NCBI GenBank assembly: GCA_050952645.1
Contig: JBMNLI010000014.1
Location: forward strand, 1 to 64,000
Reading direction: 5' to 3'
Origin: Bdellovibrionota bacterium
GTDB lineage: Bacteria; Bdellovibrionota_C; UBA2361; CAKMMH01
DNA length: 64,000 nt
Positions within the stretch are counted from its first letter, which is position 1. Every line of letters starts with the position of its first letter. Below, piece after piece: positions 19,250 through 28,860 of the stretch. The notes under the pieces were generated by a model. The model saw nothing but the letters and a program-made list of their open reading frames with translations, was not told the DNA's origin and did not search any database. Made by a program: the position numbers and the translations under genes.

Positions 19250-22200
19250 TTTTAATTCCTGGTATAAAATTAGATAATGATAGTATAAAGACTACTAAAC
19301 TCCCAGGGAGTTTGTGGAGAAAGGAAAAATATGTAGATTTTGTTCCCGTTGATAAAGAAAGTGAGACGATAAAACTTAGGACAATGAAGGGAGGGAAGAT
19401 TTTTATTAAGTCTGGTATAATATTAGATATATTTAAGTTGTTAGATGATGAGCCTCTCATAGCAGATTCGTTTCATGTAGGTTTTTTTAGGACTGCGCAA
19501 ATTTTCGATACATCTAGTTCACCTAAGGGGAGTTCGTCTAGTAGTAGTCCATCATCTAGCAGTTCATCGTCTAGTAGTAGCAGTAGTTTATCTAGTAGCA
19601 GTGCATCTATTAGTAGCAGCTCATCTCTAAGTTCTTCTAGCAGTAGCAGTTTAAGTAGTTCTAGCTCATCTTTAAGTTCTAGTTCTTCTTCTAGTAGTAA
19701 GAACAGTTCGTCTAGTTCATTAAGTAGTAGTAGTTTTAGTAGTTCTAGCTCATCTTTAAGTTCACCTTCAAGTTCATCATCTAGTAGCAAAAGCTCTAGC
19801 AAGAGTAGTTCGCCAAGTTCTTCTAGTTCTGTAAGTTCAAACTTATCGCCAAGTAGTAGCAGTTTGTCTAGTTCGTCTAGTAGTTCTAGTTCTTCATCTA
19901 GTAGTAGTTCTTCTAGTTTTCTAAGTTCAAGCTTATCGCCTAGTAGTAGTAGTTCATCAAGCTCTTCTAGTAAGAGTTCATCTTCAAACAAGAGTTCTTC
20001 ACCAAGTAGTAGCTCATCAAGCTCTTCTAGTAAGAGTTCATCTTCAAGCAAGAGTTCTTCACCAAGTAGTAGCTCATCTAGCGAGAGTTCCTCGTCTAGT
20101 AGTAGCAGCAGTGCATCAACAAGTAGTTTTAGCAGTTCTTTAAGTTCAAGTTCATCACCAAGTATTAGCAGTTCGAGTTCAAGTAAAAGTAGCTTATCAC
20201 GTTCATCTAGTAAAAGCAGTTCTTCTAGTTTTTTAAGTTCTAGTTCTTCGCTAAGTAGCAGTTCGAGGAGTTCATTAAGTAGTAGTAGTTTTAGTAAGAG
20301 TTCTTTATCTAGCTTTTCTAGTTCTCTAAGTTCAAGCTTATCACCTAGTAGTAGTTCATCAAGTAAGAGTTCATCATCATTTAGCAAAAGCAGTTCGAGC
20401 AAGAGTAGTTCGCCAAGTAGCAGTTCTTCTAGTTCTTTAAGTAGTAAGAGTAGCTTGCCAAGTGCATCAAGTAAAAGCAGTTTGTCGCCTAGTAGTAGTT
20501 CTTCTTCTAGTAATTTAAGTAGCTTGCCACCAGAGCCTCCTATTACGTCGCCTAGCACTAGTTCTTATTCTAGTAGTTCGTCTAGTAGTAGTAAGAAGCC
20601 ACCACTACCGCCAGTAAATCCATCTAGTAGTAGTTTTTCTAGTGAAAGTGAAGATTCCACTTCGAGCACGCCTCAAGAAGTTTGCCCTCCAAATACGGAA
20701 GTTTGTTTTGAGGGGTTATGTTGTCCGATAGGGACTTGTCGCTTTACCATTGTCAATGGTTCTGTTACTGCAAGGTGGTGTGATACTCAAAGTTCTTCAG
20801 CATCATCTTTACCGCCAGTAATTATAAGTGAAAGTTTTTCTTCTTTCTCGAGTGAAAGCTCATCAGAAAGTGAAAGCTCTTTTAGTTTTTCTTCAGCGTG
20901 TCCTCCTTGGAGGCAGTGTGATTATCTTTGTTGTGAAGAGGGGGAGGAGTGTAAAACGTATTTACAAGAAAATGCAGACGGTGAGATTATCCCGATTCCT
21001 AGTTGTGAGAAAGTGAGTAAAAGCTCGTCTAGTTTTTCTTCTGAGACGTTTAGCAGTGAAAGTTTATCTAGTTCTTCTTTAGCGTGTCCTTCTGATAGGC
21101 AGTGTGGGCATTTATGTTGCGAGGATAGCGAAACGTGTAGTATAGAAGTACAAGAAGAAGGCGAGGATATTTATATCGTATATAATTGTATAAAAGAGAG
21201 TGTAAGTTCTAGTGAGAGTTCTTTAGAAAGTGTAGCTTCGAGCGAAAGCTTAGAAAGTAGTAGTTTAAGCAATTCTTCTAGCTCTTTAAGTTCTAGTTCG
21301 AGTAAGAGTAGCTCACCTAGTTCATCTAGTTTAAGTAGCTCTTCTTCTAGTTCATCATCTCCAAGTAGTTCAAGCAGTTCTTCTAGCTCGTCATCTAGTT
21401 TTAGTAGTAGCAGTTCTTCTTCATGCAGTGAAGGTACAGAAATGTGTGGAGACGTTTGTTGCGACCCAAATAAATGTAATTCTGATACTTGCTGCCCTAA
21501 TGAAGATCCTGTGCCGTGTGGAGATAAACCGTGTTGTGATAATGGTAAATGCGCTAATCCTGATGAAAGTCTCTGTTGCCAAGATTGGCAAGTGCCTTTT
21601 AATGGGGGATGTGAAGAGCCGTGCAATGATTGTTGCGATTCAAGAGAGATATCTATTATTAGAAGAGATGCTTATGGAAATCAAATAACTCGTTGTTGTC
21701 CACAGGGTTCAACTTATACCAATGCTCAAGGTAATTTATGGTGTGATAACCCAGCTAAGTGTCAAAATAATGGAGAAACTATGAGACAAATAGGTTTTAT
21801 ACAAGAAAGCCATTCTCCACATAAGGTTTATATGTGTTGTAAGGAAGATTTATGGTGGCAAGATCTTAGTTCGGGATATTGGGTATGTGGAGCTAGTAGT
21901 AGCAGTTCATCAAGCTCTTCTAGTAAGAGTTCATCTTCAAACAAGAGTTCTTCACCAAGTAGTAGCTCATCAAGCTCTTCTAGTAAGAGTTCATCTTCAA
22001 GCAAGAGTTCTTCACCAAGTAGTAGCTCATCTAGCGAGAGTTCCTCGTCTAGTAGTAGCAGCAGTGCATCAACAAGTAGTTTTAGCAGTTCTTTAAGTTC
22101 AAGTTCATCACCAAGTATTAGCAGTTCGAGTTCAAGTAAAAGTAGCACATCTAGTGGAAGTTATAATAGTTATGAAGCGGAATCTGTAAGTAGTGTATCT

Positions 22201-22560
22201 AGTAAAAGTTTAGAAAGCCAAGCGAGTTGCGAAAGTGGTTCTTATGCTTGTGGAACTAATTGCTGTTCTAGTGAGCAAGATTGTTATAATGATAGAAGTG
22301 AATGTTGCGATGGTAAGTTTGTAAATGGGACGTGTTGCCCAGCAGAGAGAGTTTACGATGGTTCTAAATGTTGTGATGAGGGTAAAGTTGCTTATACATC
22401 ATACTTAGGAAGTGGTTGCTGTAAAATAGATCATGTATATACGCATGATATTTATGAATATTGTTGTCGTGAACCGTTATGTGGTGGTGAATGTTGTGGC
22501 GAACTAAGAGAATGTAATAATGGCGAATGTGTAGACAAAGAAGGATACTCGGCTAGTTAA
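19240..22560 (+). CDS. Large Ser-rich / Cys-rich (CC-motif) mucin-like protein
   Basis: 1106-codon open frame; poly-Ser tracts encoded by mixed TCN/AGY codons alternate with Cx5-6Cx3-4CCx4-5C modules. Confidence 0.85.
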   Translation: MKSLLIPGIKLDNDSIKTTKLPGSLWRKEKYVDFVPVDKESETIKLRTMKGGKIFIKSGIILDIFKLLDDEPLIADSFHVGFFRTAQIFDTSSSPKGSSSSSSPSSSSSSSSSSSSLSSSSASISSSSSLSSSSSSSLSSSSSSLSSSSSSSSKNSSSSSLSSSSFSSSSSSLSSPSSSSSSSKSSSKSSSPSSSSSVSSNLSPSSSSLSSSSSSSSSSSSSSSSSFLSSSLSPSSSSSSSSSSKSSSSNKSSSPSSSSSSSSSKSSSSSKSSSPSSSSSSESSSSSSSSSASTSSFSSSLSSSSSPSISSSSSSKSSLSRSSSKSSSSSFLSSSSSLSSSSRSSLSSSSFSKSSLSSFSSSLSSSLSPSSSSSSKSSSSFSKSSSSKSSSPSSSSSSSLSSKSSLPSASSKSSLSPSSSSSSSNLSSLPPEPPITSPSTSSYSSSSSSSSKKPPLPPVNPSSSSFSSESEDSTSSTPQEVCPPNTEVCFEGLCCPIGTCRFTIVNGSVTARWCDTQSSSASSLPPVIISESFSSFSSESSSESESSFSFSSACPPWRQCDYLCCEEGEECKTYLQENADGEIIPIPSCEKVSKSSSSFSSETFSSESLSSSSLACPSDRQCGHLCCEDSETCSIEVQEEGEDIYIVYNCIKESVSSSESSLESVASSESLESSSLSNSSSSLSSSSSKSSSPSSSSLSSSSSSSSSPSSSSSSSSSSSSFSSSSSSSCSEGTEMCGDVCCDPNKCNSDTCCPNEDPVPCGDKPCCDNGKCANPDESLCCQDWQVPFNGGCEEPCNDCCDSREISIIRRDAYGNQITRCCPQGSTYTNAQGNLWCDNPAKCQNNGETMRQIGFIQESHSPHKVYMCCKEDLWWQDLSSGYWVCGASSSSSSSSSSKSSSSNKSSSPSSSSSSSSSKSSSSSKSSSPSSSSSSESSSSSSSSSASTSSFSSSLSSSSSPSISSSSSSKSSTSSGSYNSYEAESVSSVSSKSLESQASCESGSYACGTNCCSSEQDCYNDRSECCDGKFVNGTCCPAERVYDGSKCCDEGKVAYTSYLGSGCCKIDHVYTHDIYEYCCREPLCGGECCGELRECNNGECVDKEGYSAS
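19951..20193 (+). repeat. 243-bp exact direct repeat, copy 1
   Basis: Identical by eye to 21904-22146. Confidence 0.9.
21904..22146 (+). repeat. 243-bp exact direct repeat, copy 2
   Basis: Identical by eye to 19951-20193. Confidence 0.9.
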
Positions 22561-22801
22561 GGCTCTCAAAATGTTTCGTTTTCGAGTGGCTTTTCAAATT
22601 GAAGCTAAAATCTTTTAAAATCAAAAAAACGGCTTTATAATTATTTCTTGCTCAAGAAATATGATTATGTTAATTTATGAATGTTGGTTTTGTGTTTTTA
22701 AAAAGAACGCAAATTTTTTATAAAGAATTATAAAGGATAATTTTTCCTTTATATTCTTTATGGTTTTGATCTCTCCTAGAAAATAGGAGAAGGAGGTTGT
22801 A

Positions 22802-23651
22802 ATGAACTTTAAAACGCTTATGCCCACTATTGTTTTCTCGTTGGTGGGCGTTTTGTAGCTATTGTTTGCCTGTTATGCAGCAGAGTTGTGCAGGACAGGA
22901 TAAAGGTTCGACTAACAATCAGCAAATTATCCTTGCTGAAAAAGCACAATCTAAAGCTTTCCCATTAAATGGGACTGCGGAAGAGAAATTAGCGTATTTT
23001 GACGAACTCAATTTGGAGCTTTTTGAAAGTACACTTAGCACAAAAGTGGCAAAACGCTCCCTTGATGTGGACATGTCTTTGTCCAAAAAGCTTAAATGGC
23101 TTAAAAAATATACGACAAATTATAAAGCTAAAGTGGACGACATTCTACTTCTTGGTGGAAAGAGTGTCTACTTTAAGTGGTTGGGTGAAAATTTAAATTC
23201 GTACGACATTAAAAACTTAGAAGAGTCTATCGATGGGATGCAACTTAAGTTGTCTAAAGCAACTGAGGAAGAGTTTTTAATGGATCGTGAGAATTTAGCA
23301 CTTGTAGCTACTGCAAAGTTTGCTTGCATAAGTTCTTTGCAACGTTTTAAAGACATAAGAGAAAACAAAATCGTTACAAAAAGCGATGCTGTTTTAAAAG
23401 CAAATAACTGAAGCAGAGAGAGAAATTGATAAAATTTTAGCATGTTCTGAAAGTATTTGTCAGCAGGCGATTCATTATCAGAAGGATTTGCTGAAGATCG
23501 TAGAATCGGAATTGCAAAATTATGATATAGTTTTGAGCTTTGAGAGAAATAAATTCTATTTCGAATCAAGAAATGAAAGAGATAGAAAGTTAGCTGAACT
23601 GCAAGTACAAGCTAAGGCTCAAGCCAAAACTGAAGCCAAGCAACAGCGTTA
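22802..23651 (+). CDS. Putative secreted alpha-helical protein with two apparent frameshifts
   Basis: AGGAGG RBS then ATG 22802 (MNFKTLMPTIVFSLV). Removing one base near 22846 joins the 22830 ORF, and removing one near 23395 extends it (KQITEAEREIDKIL...AKQQR) to TAA 23651, followed by a terminator. Confidence 0.65.
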
Positions 23652-23688
23652 ACCGTAAACGAGTAACAAAATTAGTTGGTCAACATTT

Positions 23689-23721
23689 GAGCTCCTTGAT
23701 ACGTTAAGGAGCTCTTTTTTT
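23689..23721 (+). terminator. Rho-independent terminator
   Basis: GAGCTCCTTGA-TACG-TTAAGGAGCTC followed by a T-run. Confidence 0.85.
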
Positions 23722-23745
23722 ATTTAATACTCTATATTATATTTA

Positions 23746-24928
23746 TTATATTATCGTAGGGACGGAATAGTCGATGCCATCTACGTCGAAGCCAAAAAGA
23801 TTTATAAAATCCTTTCTTACTCCCTCGATATCCGTTATTTCAGATATATTTTCCGATGTTATCTTATCCCAAGTAGCTGAAATCTTTTCTTGAATATCTT
23901 TGTTTAGCTCTAGATTGTCAACTCTTATTCGTCCCTCATCGTCTAGCTTGCAATCGCCTAAAATATCATTGTCGCTATAAAGGCGCACTATCTGCTCTAT
24001 ACAGTCTTCATGCGTGCCTGCCTCTTTCATAAATCGATATAAAAGACTTAAATATAAAGGAACTACTGGGATAGCTGCTGATGCTTGCGTCACGAGTGCC
24101 TTATTTACTGAAATGTAAGATTTGCCTCCAATGTCTTTTATCAATTTATCGATATCTTTAACGGTATTAGTTAAATGCTCTTTAGCTTTTCCAATCGTGC
24201 CATCGTTGTAAATATCCCAAGTAAGTTTAGGCCCGATATAAGAGTAAGCAATGGTTCTAAAATTAGGAGCTAGCAGATCTTCTTTTTTTTAAAAACTCTA
24301 TCCACCTAAGCCAATCTTCTCCTCCCATAACTTTTATAGTTCCATTTATTTCATCTTGAGTAGCAGGCTCTAATGAGATTTCTTTTACCTCTCCTTCGTA
24401 TATATTAACAGTTTTTGAGTTAAATTGCTTGCCTATAGGTTTTAATGTAGATGCATAAGTCTTACCCGTAGTAGGGTCAGTTCTTCTAGGAGCAGCTAGG
24501 CTATAGAGTAAAAATTCTAGCTTCCCAAATTTTTTTCTTATCTCATCGATAATAATTTTTTTATTTTCATCTGAAAAAGCATCCATATTATGAAAGTTAT
24601 AATATACATCTTCATTTTTAAGGTTTTCCTTTAGCGCCTCTACCATATAATACCCTGCCGAAGCAGTCTTTTCTCCCGATGGTTCTTTTTCAAACCCAAC
24701 GCTTATCACATCAGCCTTTAGTCCAAAGCTTAGCACTATGCTAGATGAAATCCCATAGCCAGTTGAACCTCCAAGGACTAATGCATTTTTAAATTTATTT
24801 TTTGTAAAACTCTTCGATTTTACTAGGTTTATCTGATTCTCAATTATTTTTTTACATCCACCACTATGAGCCGTGGTGCATAAAAATCCCCTTATCTTAG
24901 GAACTATTATTCCAGTTTCTCGTTGCAT
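23746..24928 (-). CDS. fabV: Enoyl-ACP/trans-2-enoyl-CoA reductase FabV, split at an A8 run (24283-24290)
   Basis: PKIRGFLCTTAH, GGSTGYG, YSLAAPRR, VMGGEDW; after the shift AYSYIGP...GTIGKAK and KALVTQASAAIP. Confidence 0.92.
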
Positions 24929-25166
24929 TAAAAAAGCCTCCTAAAAACATTTATACCTTATGATTCATAATAATTTATACTTTAGTAAAACTTAAAACCA
25001 AAAAGGCACTTAAAAATATCTTTATATAATAAAATATTTTTATATAATATTATAAACATAAATAGAGTTCATTTGTAATTTTTAGTGTAGCAACACTTTA
25101 TGAGAAAGAACTAACTAAAAAAGAACTCACTCTTAATAACAAATAGGAAGTATTATAGTTTAAAGT

Positions 25167-25802
25167 ATGAATAAGCGAACTAGTAATATAATAACCATTC
25201 TAGAAAAAAAATATAAAAATTTAAAAAGTGCACTTATTTTTAGTAATCCTTACGAATGTTTGGTATCCGTGATGCTTTCGGCACAATGCACCGATAAAAA
25301 AGTAAATGAAGTGACGCCCGTTCTTTTTCAAAAATATAGATCGCCTAAAGAACTTTCAGAAGCCAAAATAAAGGATGTAGAGAAAATTATCAGGCAAGTT
25401 AATTATTACAAAACAAAGTCAAAGCATATAGTGGAAACTGCAAAAATTATAAGTAATAATTTTTCTAATAACATTCCTACTACTTTTGATGAGCTTATTT
25501 TACTTCCTGGAGTTGGGCAAAAAACTGCAAATGTGGTATTATCTGAACTTGGGCTTGAAGATACGTTTCCAGTAGATACGCACGTTTTTAGAGTTTCACA
25601 TAGGCTTTCTTTAAGTAATGCAAAAAACGTAAGAGAAACTGAAGAGGATTTAAAAAAGATTATCCCTAAAGAGTATTGGAGAAAAGCTCATCATATGTTT
25701 ATATGGCACGGAAGATTAGTTTGCAAGGCACAAAACCCTAAATGCAAAGAGTGCGAGTTAGCAAAGTTGTGTGATTTTTTCGGTTCTTCACGTTTTGGGT
25801 AG
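25167..25802 (+). CDS. nth: Endonuclease III
   Basis: LSAQCTD, LPGVGQKTANVV, PVDTHV and Cx6Cx2Cx5C Fe-S motif. Confidence 0.96.
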   Translation: MNKRTSNIITILEKKYKNLKSALIFSNPYECLVSVMLSAQCTDKKVNEVTPVLFQKYRSPKELSEAKIKDVEKIIRQVNYYKTKSKHIVETAKIISNNFSNNIPTTFDELILLPGVGQKTANVVLSELGLEDTFPVDTHVFRVSHRLSLSNAKNVRETEEDLKKIIPKEYWRKAHHMFIWHGRLVCKAQNPKCKECELAKLCDFFGSSRFG

Positions 25803-25883
25803 GTTAGAAAAATTGTTTTGGGTTCCGTGGGGTGAGTGATACTAATTTTAAGGTCTAAAACCTACCTTAAAACGTGAAGAGCC
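25782..25883. mobile_element. ISL3-like MITE, 102-bp copy
   Basis: GGTTCTTCACGTTTT...AAAACGTGAAGAGCC with 8-bp direct repeat ATTTTTTC (25774-25781, 25884-25891). Confidence 0.92.
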
Positions 25884-25967
25884 ATTTTTTCAAAGATAAA
25901 AAATTGGAAAACAAAGATAAACAAAACAAATAAAATAAACAAAATAAAAAAAATAAAAAGGATAAAA

Positions 25968-26957
25968 ATGAGTAATAATCTTGATAATTATAATAGTATA
26001 AAGGAAACGGCAAATAATGTAGTGCAAAAAGAGATTGAGACGCTTGAAAGCATAAAAACCTCTATCGATGATAATTTTGTAGTAGCAGCAAAAATGATTC
26101 TAGAATTAAAAGAAGATGCAAAGGTAATAGTATCAGGCATGGGAAAAGCTGGCTTTATAGGAATGAAAATCTCTGCAACTTTTGCTAGCACTGGAGTGCC
26201 ATCGTTTTTTCTTCATCCAGCAGAAGCAGTACACGGAGACTTAGGTAGATATAGAAAGAATGATATAGCGTTAATTTTATCTAACTCTGGTGAAACTCAA
26301 GAGGTTTTAAGGATTTTACCATCGTTAAAAATTATAGGTTGTCCCGTAATTTCTATTACGGGAAACGAGGCGTCTACTTTAGCAAAAAATAGCGATGTAG
26401 TGCTTTCTTTAAATAAAACTAAAGAGGCTTGCCCTTTAGGTTTAGCGCCGACTAGTTCAACGACTGCAATGCTAGTAATTGGCGATGCTTTAGCGATGGC
26501 AATCTTAAAAGAACGCAATTTTACGGCAGAACAATTTGCGTTTTATCACCCTGGGGGGGCGCTAGGTCGCTCGCTTATGAAAGTAGAGGAAATTATGAGA
26601 AAAGATGATCTGCTTTGTGTGGCAAATGAAAATATGACGGCAAAAGAGGTGATACAAAGCATGACTATCACTAAGGGACGCCCTGGGGCTGCAATTATAG
26701 TAAATGATGATGGGTTCCTAGTTGGAGTTTATACAGATGGAGACCTTAGACGAAATCTAAGTAAAGATTGTAGTTTTCTTGAAGAACCTATAAAAAATAT
26801 TATGGGTAAAAATCCTAAAACTATTTTAGGAGATAAGTTAATCGAGGAAGCTAGCCGAGTGTTAAGAGAGTTCGAGATAGATCAAATAATAGTAGTAAAT
26901 GAAGTAAATAAGCCTGTAGGTTTAGTAGATATACAAGATGTGTATAAGATATTTTAA
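25968..26957 (+). CDS. kdsD: Arabinose-5-phosphate isomerase (KpsF/GutQ family)
   Basis: SIS domain (GMGKAG, LHPAEAVHGDLG, EACPLGLAPTSST, HPGGALG) plus a CBS pair. Confidence 0.93.
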   Translation: MSNNLDNYNSIKETANNVVQKEIETLESIKTSIDDNFVVAAKMILELKEDAKVIVSGMGKAGFIGMKISATFASTGVPSFFLHPAEAVHGDLGRYRKNDIALILSNSGETQEVLRILPSLKIIGCPVISITGNEASTLAKNSDVVLSLNKTKEACPLGLAPTSSTTAMLVIGDALAMAILKERNFTAEQFAFYHPGGALGRSLMKVEEIMRKDDLLCVANENMTAKEVIQSMTITKGRPGAAIIVNDDGFLVGVYTDGDLRRNLSKDCSFLEEPIKNIMGKNPKTILGDKLIEEASRVLREFEIDQIIVVNEVNKPVGLVDIQDVYKIF

Positions 26958-27281
26958 TTTTTTGCCAAAGAATTTATAAAGCCTTATTATAAAGGTTAAA
27001 GGAGAAATTTTTTAGTTAAAAACTTTAGGTAAAAAATAAGATAAAAAAACTAAGGTAAAAATTAAGACAAAAACCAAGATAAAAAAACAAAGATAAAAAA
27101 ACAAAGACAAAAATAAAAAATAAAAATAAAAGTCTAATAATATAAGCTACTAGAAAAATTCTTGTAAAAAGAAAAAACCATTTTAAAAATTTCTCATCAT
27201 ATAAAATAGGTATTCACGTTTTAAAGTAAAAAATATCTATTTATCAAAGAAGAGTTATTAAAGAGTTATTAAAGAATTATT

Positions 27282-28850
27282 ATGGCATTAGAATTTAATT
27301 TAGTACAAAAAATGAGTCAACAGCTTGCGATGACGCCGCAGCTTCAGCAAGCTATAAAGCTTTTACAGCTTAATAAGGCTGACTTAAAAGATCTTATAGA
27401 AAAGGAACTCCAAGAAAATCCAGTATTAGAAGATGCAAGAGAACTCGAGCAAAGAAATGAGCAAAGAAATAGTAAAAAAAATAAAGAAGACTTTGCAAAA
27501 GACGCAAAATTAAATTTTTCAGACGATAATTTAGATAATGGAGCAAGGAAACAGAAGAAATCGAATAATGAAAAAAGCGATTGGGAATTATACCAAGAGC
27601 GTTTTGGAGAGCTTCCAAGAACTAAGCGAAGATCTACTAGAGATTTTCAAAATATTCCATCTATAGAAAATACGATATCGCAAAAGCCATCTTTACATGA
27701 ACATCTAATAGACCAGCTTCGTTTACTTTCCATATCTAAAAAAGAAGAAGAGCTTTGTTTAGAAATAATTTTAAACTTAGATAATAATGGATTTTTAAAT
27801 ATTAGTTATGAAGAGTTAGGAGAGTTTTATAAGGCATCGCTAAGTGAAATAAACGTGGCAATAGATATATTAAAAGAGTTAGAGCCTTGTGGGGTAGGGG
27901 CTAGAAATGTAAAAGAATGTCTATGTTTCCAATTAGAAGCGATAGGCAAAAAGGACTCTTTAGAGATGAAGCTTATAAACGATCATTTAAATAGGCTTGC
28001 AATCAAGCAGTATGAGCAAATAGCCAAGATGGAAAATGTAGACTTAAAAAGTGTATACGTAGCACTTAAAAACATTAAGTCTTTAGAGCCTTATCCAGGG
28101 CGCTTATTTAGCGATGAGACTATAAATTATATAACGCCCGATATATATATTTTGAAAGATAAGGAAAGTGGTAAATGGAGAATAAGTTTTAATAATGATG
28201 ATATGCCAGAGCTAAGAGTTAATCCTGAGTATATAAGGCTAGCAAATAAGCAAAAAGAGTTAGAAAAAAAAGAGTTAGAAATGAGCAAAGGAGAAACCAA
28301 GGGAGAAAGCAAAGAAAATAAAGATAATGATTTAGATAATTCTTCAGATTATTTAACGGAAAAAATAAGAGCTGCATCTTGGTTTATAAAAAGCATAGAG
28401 CAAAGACAAAATACGATATACAAAGTTACTGAAAGTATAATAAAGTTTCAAGAAGATTTTCTTGAAAATGGCATAAGATATTTAAAGCCGATGGTATTAA
28501 AAGATGTAGCAAATGATATAGGCATGCATGAGTCGACCGTTAGCAGAGTAACGACTAACAAGTACGTGCATACGCCTCAAGGCATTTTTGAGTTAAAGTA
28601 TTTTTTTACTAGTGCTATCGGTTCTAGAAACAATCAAGACGTTTCATCGTCTTACATTAAAAAGCTTATCGAAGACCTTATAAATAAGGAAGATAAAAAT
28701 TCGCCTATAAGCGACCAATATATTACATTAGAACTTGCCAAAAAGAATATCGATATAGCAAGAAGAACCGTTGCAAAGTATAGAGAGGGGCTAGGCATTC
28801 TTCCATCATCGAAAAGAAAAAGACAAAATTTAGAAGAAAGATTTTGCTAA
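27282..28850 (+). CDS. rpoN: RNA polymerase sigma-54 factor
   Basis: MTPQLQQAIKLLQL, HESTVSRVT and RpoN box ARRTVAKYRE. Confidence 0.97.
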   Translation: MALEFNLVQKMSQQLAMTPQLQQAIKLLQLNKADLKDLIEKELQENPVLEDARELEQRNEQRNSKKNKEDFAKDAKLNFSDDNLDNGARKQKKSNNEKSDWELYQERFGELPRTKRRSTRDFQNIPSIENTISQKPSLHEHLIDQLRLLSISKKEEELCLEIILNLDNNGFLNISYEELGEFYKASLSEINVAIDILKELEPCGVGARNVKECLCFQLEAIGKKDSLEMKLINDHLNRLAIKQYEQIAKMENVDLKSVYVALKNIKSLEPYPGRLFSDETINYITPDIYILKDKESGKWRISFNNDDMPELRVNPEYIRLANKQKELEKKELEMSKGETKGESKENKDNDLDNSSDYLTEKIRAASWFIKSIEQRQNTIYKVTESIIKFQEDFLENGIRYLKPMVLKDVANDIGMHESTVSRVTTNKYVHTPQGIFELKYFFTSAIGSRNNQDVSSSYIKKLIEDLINKEDKNSPISDQYITLELAKKNIDIARRTVAKYREGLGILPSSKRKRQNLEERFC

Positions 28851-28860
28851 GAACGTTTTG

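Noticed and set aside
19951..22146. Diversity-generating retroelement TR/VR pair
   Set aside because: The copies are identical with no adenine-specific mismatches, and no reverse transcriptase is present.
19473..22148. Leu/Glu-rich minus-strand ORFs (19473-20558, 21171-21626, 21828-22148)
   Set aside because: They are antisense shadows of Ser codons in the plus-strand gene.
24263..24300. Programmed ribosomal frameshift in fabV
   Set aside because: No precedent known to me, and the same single-base homopolymer defects hit unrelated genes, pointing to sequencing error.
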